From: Acutalibacteraceae bacterium
GTDB lineage: Bacteria; Bacillota; Clostridia; Oscillospirales; Acutalibacteraceae
Reading direction: 5' to 3'
DNA length: 64,000 bases
Assembly (NCBI GenBank): GCA_045651765.1
Contig: JAZRSY010000008.1
Coordinates: 35,388-99,387 of the forward strand
Shown here: positions 9,918-19,240 of the stretch, in pieces
How positions within the stretch are numbered: position 1 is the stretch's first letter
Layout of the letters: every line of letters starts with the position of its first letter
Made by a program: the position numbers and the translations under genes
The notes under the pieces: generated by a model
What the model was told of the DNA's origin: nothing
What the model saw: the letters and a program-made list of their open reading frames with translations, nothing else
The model's database searches: none

Positions 9918-9975
9918 CCACAATATTTGCTATTTTTTTCGCAAAAATTGATTTTTGTACACAATATATATTATT
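9918..9975 (-). promoter_or_regulatory. Distal pair of NrdR-box-like sites
   Basis: ACACAATATATATTAT at 9960-9975 (14/16 to consensus) and CCACAATATTTGCTAT at 9918-9933 (11/16). The centres are 42 bp apart. Confidence 0.4.
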
Positions 9976-10004
9976 GAGTGCTAAAATTTGGTTATTTTTA
10001 CAAA

Positions 10005-10037
10005 AATAAAAAAAGCAACCTAAAAAGGTTGCTTTTT
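10005..10037 (-). terminator. Intrinsic terminator of the srtB/plsY/der transcription unit
   Basis: AAAAAGCAACC-taaaaa-GGTTGCTTTTT overlapping the srtB stop codon. On the minus strand it is followed by a T-rich run. Confidence 0.8.
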
Positions 10038-10767
10038 ACTCAACTTCGGCCGCCACAACTACATACCTTTCACTGTCGTCGTTGCCGTTAACGCAGGTGG
10101 AAAGGGTTAAAATTTTTGCAGGATATTGTGGTGTAACCCCCGTTTCAAACAGGTCTTTGCTTTTTATATATTCTATTTGTTTTTGATATTCCTGCGAGGT
10201 TTCTAAGTTTGTGTTTAAATACCAAGGGTCATCGCCCTTTAAAGTAGCCACCGCAAAAACCGAATATCTTGTGGTTTTAGTTTTAGTGTGGAATTCAATA
10301 ATTGGGTTATTCCTTAAATATTCAAGCGACCTATACCACCTTAACTGGTTAAACATGGTGCCGTTTTTCATATTATGTGCGTAAATTAATATATGGTTGG
10401 AATCTTGATTGCACCTGTAATCCATAAACGGAGTGCCTGCACTGCTTTTTTGACCGCTAAAGCTAAGCCTTAAATATTTTTGCGGGTCGAGTGGGGTGTG
10501 CATAACGGGGTAATCTATGATGGTATCTTTAATATAAATCCAACCAACTGTATCGGGGTTTTGGGCCAAAACGGCAGAAATATCGCGTTCGGGTCCGGTG
10601 CTTTCGGGCGTGGGTTCGGCAGGTTTTACAAGGGTTGAAATTTGTTCAAACTCGGCCTGTTCCTTTTTGCCCACAACAATTGTTTTTATTAACATAAAAC
10701 CCGAAAACAAAAACACAACAACAAAAAGTAATATTAAAATATTATATATGTTAAATTTTATTTTCAT
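10036..10767 (-). CDS. srtB: Class B sortase
   Basis: 243 aa with an N-terminal membrane anchor. DTVGWIYIKDTIIDYPVM, catalytic His in YAHNMKNGTMF, catalytic Cys in TLSTC, and a trailing Arg region. Confidence 0.85.
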   Translation of the reverse strand: MKIKFNIYNILILLFVVVFLFSGFMLIKTIVVGKKEQAEFEQISTLVKPAEPTPESTGPERDISAVLAQNPDTVGWIYIKDTIIDYPVMHTPLDPQKYLRLSFSGQKSSAGTPFMDYRCNQDSNHILIYAHNMKNGTMFNQLRWYRSLEYLRNNPIIEFHTKTKTTRYSVFAVATLKGDDPWYLNTNLETSQEYQKQIEYIKSKDLFETGVTPQYPAKILTLSTCVNGNDDSERYVVVAAEVE

Positions 10768-10782
10768 ATATAACCCTCGAAA

Positions 10783-11430
10783 CTATTTTTTAATTTTAAA
10801 CTTCTTTTCGGTACCGTTTAAAATTCTAATAATATTTTCATTGTGCCTGAAAAATACAATGCAAGCACAAGCCACCATTAACACACTTATTATATAAGGG
10901 TTGGTGCCCAACGGGAAATACCCTGTAAATGCACATATTATTGTAACTGTAGCCACCACAATTGTAGCTATTAGCGATGCCGCTGAAACCATTTTAACGG
11001 TTAGCAAACTAAGGCCGAAAAATATAAGCCCTATTATTATGGCAGGGTGGCAGCAAACTGCAAAAATGCCAACGCTTGTGGCCACTGCCTTGCCCCCTCG
11101 AAACTGAAAGAACACCGGAAAACAATGACCCAACATGCAAGCAAAAGCACAAAAGAACTTACCGTAGATAACATTAAATTCGGGCAAAAAATATTTAAAT
11201 ACAATTAGCCCCAAAAGGCAGGCCACGGCGCCCTTAATAATGTCGAAAGCAAAGGTTAACGCCCCTGCCTTAGCGCCAAAAACCCTTAGCACATTGGTGG
11301 TGCCCGCATTGCCACTGCCAAAATCTCTAATATCTTTATTATTTAATTTTTGTGTAAATATAACCGCAAAACTTATACTTCCCAATAAATATGCGGCAAC
11401 AACTGTAATAATAGCAATCAAATAATTCAT
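10783..11430 (-). CDS. plsY: Glycerol-3-phosphate acyltransferase PlsY
   Basis: 215 aa, polytopic. The GSGNAGTTN motif and FDIIKG are typical of PlsY. The start codon overlaps the der stop (TAATG). Confidence 0.93.
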   Translation of the reverse strand: MNYLIAIITVVAAYLLGSISFAVIFTQKLNNKDIRDFGSGNAGTTNVLRVFGAKAGALTFAFDIIKGAVACLLGLIVFKYFLPEFNVIYGKFFCAFACMLGHCFPVFFQFRGGKAVATSVGIFAVCCHPAIIIGLIFFGLSLLTVKMVSAASLIATIVVATVTIICAFTGYFPLGTNPYIISVLMVACACIVFFRHNENIIRILNGTEKKFKIKK

Positions 11431-12752
11431 TATTTATCACCACGTTCTCTAATAACAAATCTAACCGGTGTGCCCTCTAACCCAAAGGTAGAGCGTATTT
11501 GGTTTTCTAAATACCGTTGGTACGAAAAGTGAAAAAGCTCGGCCTTGTTGCAAAAGCACACAAATGTTGGTGGCTTGGTAGAAGCCTGTGTAATATAAAA
11601 TATTTTAAGCCTTTTGCCTTTGTCAGACGGTGGTTGCACACGCGTGGTGGCATCGGCTAAAACATCGTTAAGCATACCCGTAGAAATACGCATTGTGTTT
11701 TGAGAGTGAACATATTTTATAAGTTCAAAAAGGCGTTCTATTCTTTGGCCCGTTTTGGCCGAAATAAAAATTATTGGCGCATAAGACATAAAGGAAAAAT
11801 CTTTCATAAGATTTTTTCTGTAAATATCCATAGTAAAGCCGTCTTTTTCAACAATATCCCATTTGTTAACGGCTATAATACAGGCCTTGCCCTGCTCTAA
11901 CGCCAAGCCCGCCACTTTAGAATCCTGTTCGGTAAAACCATCTACACCATCTAACATAATAACGCAAACATCGCTGCGCTCTATTGCCATTTTGGCTCGC
12001 AAAACGCTGTATTTTTCAATAATATCTTCAACCTTGCTTTTGCGGCGCAGACCTGCGGTATCTATAAAATTAAATCTGCCGTGCTTGTTTTCAATAATGG
12101 TGTCAATGGCATCGCGGGTGGTGCCTGCAATGTCCGACACTATTGAGCGTTCTTCGCCTGCTAAATAGTTTACAAGTGAAGATTTTCCGGCATTTGGCTT
12201 GCCAATAACCGAAACATTAATAATATCTTCATCTTCTTCTGTGTTGTCGGCAAAATTTATATGCTGAAACGCGGCATCTAAAAGGTCGCCTGTGCCGTGG
12301 CCGTGCACCGAAGAAACCGCAATAGGTTCGCCAATGCCCAAGTTATAAAATTCATAAAACTCAAGCGGAACTTTTCCAATGCCATCACATTTATTCACGC
12401 AAAGCACAATGGGTTTGCCGCTTTTTTGCAACATTGCAGCAACATCACTGTCGGCTGCTGTAACGCCCGATTTAATGTCGGTTACAAAAATTATAACATC
12501 GGCCATTTCTATGGCCAGTTGCGCCTGGTTGCGCATACTTTTCAATATAAAATCGTTGGTTTTTGGCTCAATACCGCCGGTATCTATAAGGGTGAATTTT
12601 TTGCCCAACCACTCGGCATCGCCATAAATTCTGTCTCGGGTAACACCGGGGGTGTCGTCGACAATAGAAACCCTGCTGCCAACAAGCCTGTTAAACAATG
12701 TGGATTTGCCCACATTTGGCCTGCCAACAACCGCTATAATAGGTTTAGCCAT
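11430..12752 (-). CDS. der: Ribosome-biogenesis GTPase Der (EngA)
   Basis: 440 aa. Two tandem GTPase domains (GRPNVGKS...DTGG...NKCD and GKPNAGKS...DTAG...NKWD) plus a KH-like C-terminus. Confidence 0.96.
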   Translation of the reverse strand: MAKPIIAVVGRPNVGKSTLFNRLVGSRVSIVDDTPGVTRDRIYGDAEWLGKKFTLIDTGGIEPKTNDFILKSMRNQAQLAIEMADVIIFVTDIKSGVTAADSDVAAMLQKSGKPIVLCVNKCDGIGKVPLEFYEFYNLGIGEPIAVSSVHGHGTGDLLDAAFQHINFADNTEEDEDIINVSVIGKPNAGKSSLVNYLAGEERSIVSDIAGTTRDAIDTIIENKHGRFNFIDTAGLRRKSKVEDIIEKYSVLRAKMAIERSDVCVIMLDGVDGFTEQDSKVAGLALEQGKACIIAVNKWDIVEKDGFTMDIYRKNLMKDFSFMSYAPIIFISAKTGQRIERLFELIKYVHSQNTMRISTGMLNDVLADATTRVQPPSDKGKRLKIFYITQASTKPPTFVCFCNKAELFHFSYQRYLENQIRSTFGLEGTPVRFVIRERGDK

Positions 12753-12759
12753 ATTTCAC

Positions 12760-14064
12760 CTAACCTTTCGTGCCTAAAACGGCATCTAATAATTCTTGGC
12801 CGTTATTATTAACGGCAACTACCTTAATATTTAATTTTTCTTGCAGTTCTAAAACCGTTGTGTCATCTAAAAACATATCGTTTTCATGGCGCAACATACT
12901 GCTGGGAATAAGCAATTTTTCACCCAAGTTTTTGCCGCTTAATTGGCTTATAATATCGTGCCCGGTAACCAACCCCGCAACAGTAATTTTGCCGCCGAAA
13001 AAGTTATTTTCAATTGGGCAAACATTAATTTTTATTTGAGGCCACTTTTTATTAATTTGCAAAACCAAACTGTTAATAAGTGCGGCGGCCGCTTCACCGG
13101 TGGCCATTGTTATTTCTTTGTGATTGGGTTCGGCATCTGTGAATTCTATGGCATCGGTTAATTCTTGTTTTAACAACGCACACATTCCAACACCGTTTTC
13201 AAGTTGCAAAAAGTCGCCGTAAAATTCATATGGTGGAAAATCTTGCTCAGCCAAAATATAAAATTCATCGGCCCCGTAAAATTTGCGTTCGTGAAAGTCT
13301 TTCAAATTTTTTTGCCCAAACTGCTCTAAAATATCTAAAGTTTCTTTGGCCGTTTGCTTGTTAAACGGCTCTATTGAGGTCAACCCTTCACGAAAAGCGG
13401 TCAAGCCAACCGGCACCGCTGCCACCGAGCGAATGTTTTCATATTTACTTAAATCTGTAAGGGTGCGGCAAAGTTCGGCGCCTGTGTTAACGCCCGGCAC
13501 CAAAACCAACTGGCAGTTCATGCTAATGCCGGCGTTATTGAACCTTTCAATAACCTCCAACACCCTGCCTGCATTTTTGTTTTTCATCATTTTAACCCTT
13601 AATTCAGGGTTGGTGGTGTGCACCGATATATTAATCGGGCTAATATGCATTTTTATAATGCGCTCTATTTCGTGCTCGGTAATATTGGTAAGCGTTATAT
13701 AGTTACCAAACAAGAAAGAAAGGCGGGAATCATCATCTTTAAAATACAGCGACTCCCTAAGCCCTTTGGGCATTTGGTCTATAAAACAAAATATACATTT
13801 ATTAGAACAAGAACGCTGTTTGTCCATTAAATATGTTTCAAACTCAAGGCCTAATTCGTCATATTCGTTTTTGCGTATTGTTTTTTTAACCTGTTTGCCG
13901 CCACGCAAAAGGCTTAACACAACCTTTTTTTCGTTTTGGTAAAACCTATAATCTAAAACATCTATTATATTGTTACCATTAAGGGAAACTAAAACATCGC
14001 CGCTTTTTATGCCCTTTTTATGTGCGGGTGAGCCATTTAAAACACTTTTTATTACAACCGACAT
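12760..14064 (-). CDS. PDZ-domain radical-SAM-like Fe-S protein (DUF512 family)
   Basis: 434 aa. N-terminal PDZ-like segment (GSPAHKKGIKSGDVLVSLNG), a CSNKCIFC cluster motif (CX3CX2C), and a conserved position upstream of der as in other Clostridia. Confidence 0.75.
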   Translation of the reverse strand: MSVVIKSVLNGSPAHKKGIKSGDVLVSLNGNNIIDVLDYRFYQNEKKVVLSLLRGGKQVKKTIRKNEYDELGLEFETYLMDKQRSCSNKCIFCFIDQMPKGLRESLYFKDDDSRLSFLFGNYITLTNITEHEIERIIKMHISPINISVHTTNPELRVKMMKNKNAGRVLEVIERFNNAGISMNCQLVLVPGVNTGAELCRTLTDLSKYENIRSVAAVPVGLTAFREGLTSIEPFNKQTAKETLDILEQFGQKNLKDFHERKFYGADEFYILAEQDFPPYEFYGDFLQLENGVGMCALLKQELTDAIEFTDAEPNHKEITMATGEAAAALINSLVLQINKKWPQIKINVCPIENNFFGGKITVAGLVTGHDIISQLSGKNLGEKLLIPSSMLRHENDMFLDDTTVLELQEKLNIKVVAVNNNGQELLDAVLGTKG

Positions 14065-14155
14065 TCTCTTTTCCCCCTTTTTTACAAAATTTTTGCATTA
14101 AAACAAAATAGAGAAGGAATTCCTCCTCCTCTACCCATTTTGTTTAGCCTAAATA

Positions 14156-14338
14156 TTAGTCTTCAACCTTAATAACCTCGCGGCCATCGTAATAACCGCA
14201 GGCGGTGCAAAGCCTGTGTGGCCTTTTGTATTCGCCACAACGGGTGCATTTTACTAATGTGGGAGCGGTAAGCTTCCATAAATTGTTTCTTCTTTTATCT
14301 CTTCTTGCTTTTGAAGTTTTTCTCTTTGGTACTGCCAT
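14156..14338 (-). CDS. rpmF: 50S ribosomal protein L32
   Basis: 60 aa, MAVPKRKTSKARRDKRR..., with a CxxC...CxxC zinc ribbon. Confidence 0.95.
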   Translation of the reverse strand: MAVPKRKTSKARRDKRRNNLWKLTAPTLVKCTRCGEYKRPHRLCTACGYYDGREVIKVED

Positions 14339-14374
14339 TTTATAACACTCCTTAAATTGTAAATTAAAGTTAAA

Positions 14375-14869
14375 TTATTTTAAAAGTTCTGCAAGTTTAC
14401 TTAGGCGCGGGTCAATCTGCTTTTTGTTGCAGCCGCATTCGCCTTGGTTAAGATTTTTGCCGCATTCAGAGCACAAGCCCTTGCAATCTTGGTGGCACAA
14501 ATGCTTCATCGGGATATGAAGCAACACATCTGTTCGGCACAGCTCTGCCAAGTTGAGCTCCATTTCTGTTACAAGCAAGATATTGTCGTTATCCTCATTT
14601 TCAAGTTCGGTAGCAAGGATATACTCATTATCTACCGTTACGCTGTTGCAGCTTTCCTGACCGCAACGGTCGCACGGAGCTTGGTAACAGGCCTCGCAGT
14701 GTGTTCTTAACACAACCACACCTGCACGGTTGAATAACTCGCCCGATATTTGTATGGGTTTTTTGAGTGGGTACACACCCGAAAATTCAATATCGGAAAG
14801 ATTCAACTCAAAATTAATTGGGGCGCTGTAATTTTCGGTAGCAAAAGCTGCCTTTAAATTTAAAATCAC
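14375..14869 (-). CDS. DUF177 / YceD-family protein (23S rRNA accumulation protein-like)
   Basis: 164 aa and Cys-rich (CEACYQAPCDRCG, CKGLCSECG). It occupies the canonical position immediately upstream of rpmF. Confidence 0.85.
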   Translation of the reverse strand: MILNLKAAFATENYSAPINFELNLSDIEFSGVYPLKKPIQISGELFNRAGVVVLRTHCEACYQAPCDRCGQESCNSVTVDNEYILATELENEDNDNILLVTEMELNLAELCRTDVLLHIPMKHLCHQDCKGLCSECGKNLNQGECGCNKKQIDPRLSKLAELLK

Positions 14870-14895
14870 AAAATCCCCCCAATGTTGCAGTATCT

Positions 14896-14924
14896 ATTAT
14901 ATATGTGTAAATAATTTTTGTCAA
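14896..14924 (-). promoter_or_regulatory. Consensus sigma-A promoter for the DUF177-rpmF unit (TTGACA-N17-TATAAT on minus)
   Basis: The minus strand reads TTGACA (14919-14924), a 17-nt spacer, then TATAAT (14896-14901), about 27 nt upstream of the 14869 start. Confidence 0.7.
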
Positions 14925-14939
14925 GGGTTTTTTGCGCAA

Positions 14940-14972
14940 AAAAACAGGGTGGCAGCACCACCCTGTTTTGTT
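14940..14972 (-). terminator. Intrinsic terminator after the small P-loop gene
   Basis: ACAGGGTGG-cagca-CCACCCTGT, flanked by an A-run and a T-run. On the minus strand the stem is followed by TTTTTTT. Confidence 0.85.
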
Positions 14973-14978
14973 TAAAAA

Positions 14979-15395
14979 TTAAAACTTTTCGGTAATTTCG
15001 AAAATCTTTGCAGGAAGCTCAGCTTCATCGGCCGATACTGTAAAGCAAAGGTTTATGTGACTGTCTTCGGCTAAGGCCGAAACTCTGTCTAAAAAGTCGG
15101 CCAATTCGTCATAATTGCGTGAGCCAATTCTCAAGGTTGCATCGCCAAAAATATCGGTTACATCGTGGTTGCCTGCAACAATGCCGCTAATCATACCATA
15201 ATATTCGTTATAACCTTTAACTCCAAAATCTTCAACATTAATTAACCTTGTTTTGTGGCTAATGCTAAATCTTAGGTTATCTCCTAACTCTATACATACA
15301 ACATTACCCTTGCTGGATTCTGTGGTGCTGTTAACTAAATCTATTAATTTTTTAGTTTTGCCCGAACCCTTTTTTCCAACGATAAGTTTAATCAT
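14979..15395 (-). CDS. Small stand-alone P-loop NTPase, function unknown
   Basis: ORF 14979..15404 starts at a TTG. The ATG at 15395 lies 9 nt after an AAGGAG RBS. 138 aa with Walker A GKKGSGKT at residues 7-14 and a possible Walker B-like VVCIE. I recognise no other domain. Confidence 0.6.
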   Translation of the reverse strand: MIKLIVGKKGSGKTKKLIDLVNSTTESSKGNVVCIELGDNLRFSISHKTRLINVEDFGVKGYNEYYGMISGIVAGNHDVTDIFGDATLRIGSRNYDELADFLDRVSALAEDSHINLCFTVSADEAELPAKIFEITEKF

Positions 15396-15447
15396 AAATG
15401 CCAACTCCTTTATATTTTTAACTCCTTTTAGGAGCTATTTACAAATT

Positions 15448-16788
15448 TTACCTGCCAAGCCTTGCTTCAAGTTCTTTCTTTTGCTCTTCATAACCGGGTT
15501 TGCCAAGCAAAGCGAACATATTTTTCTTGTAACTTTCAACACCGGGTTGGTCGAACGGGTTTACGCCTAACATATAACCCGATATTGCACAAGCCTTTTC
15601 AAAGAAGTAAATAAGCCTGCCAAGTTCTTTTTCATCGGCCTTGTCAAGTGAAATTACAAAATTAGGCACACCGCCATCGGTATGGGCTAAAACGGTGCCT
15701 TCAAAGGCCTTTTCGTTCACGAAAGACATTGGTTTGCCGGCCAAGAAGTTAAGGCCATCGCCATTGTTTTCTTCGGATTCAATGGTAATGTCGGAACCTG
15801 TGTCGCCAATGGTAACAACCGTTTCAAACATTATGCGGCTGCCATCCTGCACAAACTGGCCAAGCGAATGTAAGTCGGTAGAGAATGTAACAGAAGCCGG
15901 GAAAAGACCTTTATTGTCTTTGCCTTCGCTCTCACCGTAAAGTTGCTTCCACCATTCTGCCATCATGGCAAAGCGTGGTTCATAACTAACAAGCAGTTCC
16001 ACCTGTTTGCCCTTGCGGTACATTGCGTTGCGCACGGCAGCATATTTATAACAATCATTTTCTTCTAAATTAGGGTTAGAATATTCTTTTTGCGCTTGGG
16101 CTGCTCCGTCCATAAGTGCGTCAATATCGGCGCCGCTTGCAGCAATTGGCAAAAGGCCAACCGCCGTTAAAACCGAGAACCTGCCGCCTACATCGTCCGG
16201 CACTACAAAGCACTCGTAACCTTTAGCGTCGGCAAGTTGCTTTAATGTGCCCCTTGCTTTGTCGGTGGTGCAGTAAATTCTTTTGGCTGCCTCGGCTTCG
16301 CCATAAAGTTCTTCTAACAATTTTCTAAACACTCGGAATGCCACGGCCGGTTCGGTAGTGGTGCCCGATTTTGAAATAATGTTAACCGAAATTCTTTTGC
16401 CTTTGCAAATTTCGAGCAACTGGCTTAAATCAGAACCGCTGATGCTGTTGCCTGCAAAATAAATTTGCGGTGTGTTTTTGGCCAAACTGTTGTAATATTG
16501 GCCGTGTAAAAATTCAATAGCGGCTCTGGCGCCCAAATATGAACCGCCAATGCCTATAACTATTAAAATATCGGTGTCATTCTTAATTTTTTCGGCCGCT
16601 TTTTTAATGCGGGCAAATTCTTCTTTATCGTAATTAACAGGCAGGTCTGCCCAACCTAAAAAATCGTTTCCTAAACCATTTTTGCTTTCAAGCATATTAT
16701 TGGCTAAATCAACCTGTGCTGCTAAGCCTTTAATGTCGTTTTCGCGTAAAAATTCACTGGCATAATTGGTGCTGAATTTGATTGCCAT
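15448..16788 (-). CDS. pgi: Glucose-6-phosphate isomerase
   Basis: 446 aa. Firmicute-type PGI motifs [21 protein letters not shown] and [14 protein letters not shown]. Confidence 0.96.
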   Translation of the reverse strand: MAIKFSTNYASEFLRENDIKGLAAQVDLANNMLESKNGLGNDFLGWADLPVNYDKEEFARIKKAAEKIKNDTDILIVIGIGGSYLGARAAIEFLHGQYYNSLAKNTPQIYFAGNSISGSDLSQLLEICKGKRISVNIISKSGTTTEPAVAFRVFRKLLEELYGEAEAAKRIYCTTDKARGTLKQLADAKGYECFVVPDDVGGRFSVLTAVGLLPIAASGADIDALMDGAAQAQKEYSNPNLEENDCYKYAAVRNAMYRKGKQVELLVSYEPRFAMMAEWWKQLYGESEGKDNKGLFPASVTFSTDLHSLGQFVQDGSRIMFETVVTIGDTGSDITIESEENNGDGLNFLAGKPMSFVNEKAFEGTVLAHTDGGVPNFVISLDKADEKELGRLIYFFEKACAISGYMLGVNPFDQPGVESYKKNMFALLGKPGYEEQKKELEARLGR

Positions 16789-16882
16789 TCTGTTATATTG
16801 CCTCCCAAAAATTCTGTTAATTATATTTTACACCAAAACCCATATATTTTCAATAAAAATATGCTTAAAATTTAAAATTTAT

Positions 16883-18088
16883 TTACAAAGTAAAAAGCGC
16901 CCTTAACAAAGTTTTAAAAATATATTTAAGTGTAAGTTTTTCAACACTTTGTTCTGCCTTTAATTCAATAACGCCTACCTGTTCTTCGCCGACATTGACA
17001 TAAACACAACCAACCGTATCACCCGCCATTATGGGCGCCGTAACATTTTCGGGCACCGACACACTTTTGGTTATTGCGCCCATATTACTTTTTTTAAGCA
17101 ATATTTTCAAATTGCCGTCGGGCACCACCGAAACAGAACCCACCGTGCCCGACAACACCGGGACTTTAATTTCGCCAATATCGGCGCAGTCAACGGTTGT
17201 GTATTTATAGTTGGCAAAGCCGTAATTTAACAACTTTCTTGCGTCGTCAAAGCGGTTATTGCTGGAATCGGCGCACATAACCACCGCCACCAGTGAAAGT
17301 CCGTCGCGCTCGGCGGTGGCCGAAACACAATACCCCGCGCCTGATGTGGTGCCGGTTTTAAGACCTGTGCAGCCTTCGTAAAAACGCACAAGTTTATTGG
17401 TATTCACAAGCTCGCTTTGACCTTGGCGCAGGCTATCCATCCAAACGGTTGAATATTTTTTAACAAGCTCGTGGCTTATAAGCTCGGCCGACATAATTGC
17501 AACATCGTGCGCATTGGTAAGGTGTCCTTCGGCATCGAGCCCTGTTGTGTTTACAAAATTAGTTCCGTTAAGGCCTAACTGTTTTGCACGCTCGTTCATA
17601 AGTGATACAAAGGCCTCTTCGCTGCCGGCAACGGCCTCTGCCAAGGCAACGGTGGCATCGTTGGCCGATGCTATAAAACAGGCCTTTAAAAGTTCATCTA
17701 CCGTCATAATCTCGTCGGGCTCAAGCCATATTTGCGAACCGCCCATACTGCAGGCATAAGGGCTTGCTGTGATTTGGGTTTCAAGCGTTAAACTGCCGTT
17801 TTCTATGGCCTCGCACACCAATAAAAGCGACATTATTTTGGTAATAGATGCAGGTTTAAGCCTTTCATCACTATTGCTTTCGTATAAAATTTGTTTGCTG
17901 TTGGCCTCTAACAAAATTACCGATTTTGCATTAAGTTCTAACACCTGACCTATTGGTGCAGCCGTTTCTATTAGCTCGGGCAGCGGTTCAAAAATTTCGG
18001 CGTTTTGGTGCTCACTTGCTATTTGGGTAGCCCCCACCGGAAAAACCGCTAACATAAAAATTAATATTACAGAAATAAAAAACTTCAC
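16883..18088 (-). CDS. D-alanyl-D-alanine carboxypeptidase (PBP5-type, S11 family)
   Basis: 401 aa with a GTG start after GGGGGAG. Signal peptide, SITK (SxxK), SAND (SxN), KTGTT (KTG), and a C-terminal PBP5_C-like beta domain. Confidence 0.9.
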   Translation of the reverse strand: MKFFISVILIFMLAVFPVGATQIASEHQNAEIFEPLPELIETAAPIGQVLELNAKSVILLEANSKQILYESNSDERLKPASITKIMSLLLVCEAIENGSLTLETQITASPYACSMGGSQIWLEPDEIMTVDELLKACFIASANDATVALAEAVAGSEEAFVSLMNERAKQLGLNGTNFVNTTGLDAEGHLTNAHDVAIMSAELISHELVKKYSTVWMDSLRQGQSELVNTNKLVRFYEGCTGLKTGTTSGAGYCVSATAERDGLSLVAVVMCADSSNNRFDDARKLLNYGFANYKYTTVDCADIGEIKVPVLSGTVGSVSVVPDGNLKILLKKSNMGAITKSVSVPENVTAPIMAGDTVGCVYVNVGEEQVGVIELKAEQSVEKLTLKYIFKTLLRALFTL

Positions 18089-18147
18089 TTTGCACTCCCC
18101 CTATTTTAAAGGTTATGCAGTGTGAAGTTTTATAATTACCTAAATTA

Positions 18148-19221
18148 TTATTCTTGCAGGTTGTTAAATGCTTCGGCTATAATTCCGCCGCCCAAAACAC
18201 TGTCATTAATATAAAATACGGCCGCTTGACCGGCACTCGGAGCCCTTTGTGGTTCTTCGAACTCCACAATAACACCGTCCTCGGTTTTTCTAATGGTGGC
18301 GGGTTGTGGCTTGGCGGCATATCTTAATTTAACTTCGGCCTTGGTGGGTTCTGTAATGTCGGGCACCGAAATAAAGTTAACATTAATAACCTTAACATAT
18401 TTGTAAAAAAGGTCTTGCTCGTCGCCCAACACAACCGTGTTGTTTTGGACATTTTTGCTTAACACAAACTGCGGCTTGCCAAGGGCTATTCCCAGGCCTT
18501 TGCGTTGGCCTATTGTGTAGTGAATAATACCCTTGTTTTCACCCAAAATTTTGCCGTTTTTGTCGGTAAAAACGCCGCTTTCAAGGCCTTTACCGCAATT
18601 ATTTAATATAAACTCGGCATAATTGCCGTCGGGCACAAAGCAAATATCTTGACTGTCTTTTTTATGGGCGTTTTCAAAGTCTGAATTTTGGGCCATTTGC
18701 CTAATTTCTGCTTTGGTGTATTCTCCCAACGGGAAAAGTGTTTTAGCCAAAACATCTTGGCTCAAAAAATAAAGAAAATAGCTTTGGTCTTTGGTTTCGT
18801 CTTTAGCCCTTAAAAGCTCATACCTATTGGTTTTAGAATTATATGCAATTCTTGCATAGTGCCCCGTTGCAATTTTTTGGCAACCTAAAGCGTTAGCGCT
18901 TTGCAAAAAACTTCCAAACTTCATGGTTTTGTTACAAACAACGCAGGGGTTTGGGGTTAAACCCGCAAAATAATCGTTTATAAAACTATTAACCACTTTT
19001 TCTTTAAACTCGGCCCTTTTATCAAGCACATTAAAGGCAATACCCAAATTATCACAAATGTTTTTAGCATCGGAAATATCGGTATTTTCGTTAACGCTTG
19101 TGCTGCCGTGGTGCAGGCACATTATGGCACCCTCACAGCAGTAGCCTTGCTCTATTAAAACCTTTGCCGCTACCGAGGAATCCACCCCGCCCGACATTGC
19201 AACCAAAACCTTTTCAGGCAT
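18148..19221 (-). CDS. mnmA: tRNA 2-thiouridine(34) synthase MnmA
   Basis: 357 aa. PP-loop AMSGGVDSS, catalytic Cys in NPCVVCN, and the DQSYFL motif. Confidence 0.95.
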   Translation of the reverse strand: MPEKVLVAMSGGVDSSVAAKVLIEQGYCCEGAIMCLHHGSTSVNENTDISDAKNICDNLGIAFNVLDKRAEFKEKVVNSFINDYFAGLTPNPCVVCNKTMKFGSFLQSANALGCQKIATGHYARIAYNSKTNRYELLRAKDETKDQSYFLYFLSQDVLAKTLFPLGEYTKAEIRQMAQNSDFENAHKKDSQDICFVPDGNYAEFILNNCGKGLESGVFTDKNGKILGENKGIIHYTIGQRKGLGIALGKPQFVLSKNVQNNTVVLGDEQDLFYKYVKVINVNFISVPDITEPTKAEVKLRYAAKPQPATIRKTEDGVIVEFEEPQRAPSAGQAAVFYINDSVLGGGIIAEAFNNLQE

Positions 19222-19240
19222 TTTTTATCCCCTTTAAAAA

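Noticed and set aside
9816-10035. Cobalamin riboswitch or other structured leader in the 220-nt region upstream of nrdD.
   Set aside because: The region is very AT-rich. It has no B12-box-like GC-rich core and no extended paired elements. NrdR-type palindromes explain the conserved-looking segments better.
12297-12812. 171-aa plus-strand ORF, and other antisense ORFs across der, secA (20301..20777), ftsK, the TepA-like gene (46413..46880) and clpC.
   Set aside because: All lie fully inside strongly supported minus-strand genes. None has an RBS or terminator, and their composition is typical of antisense frames.
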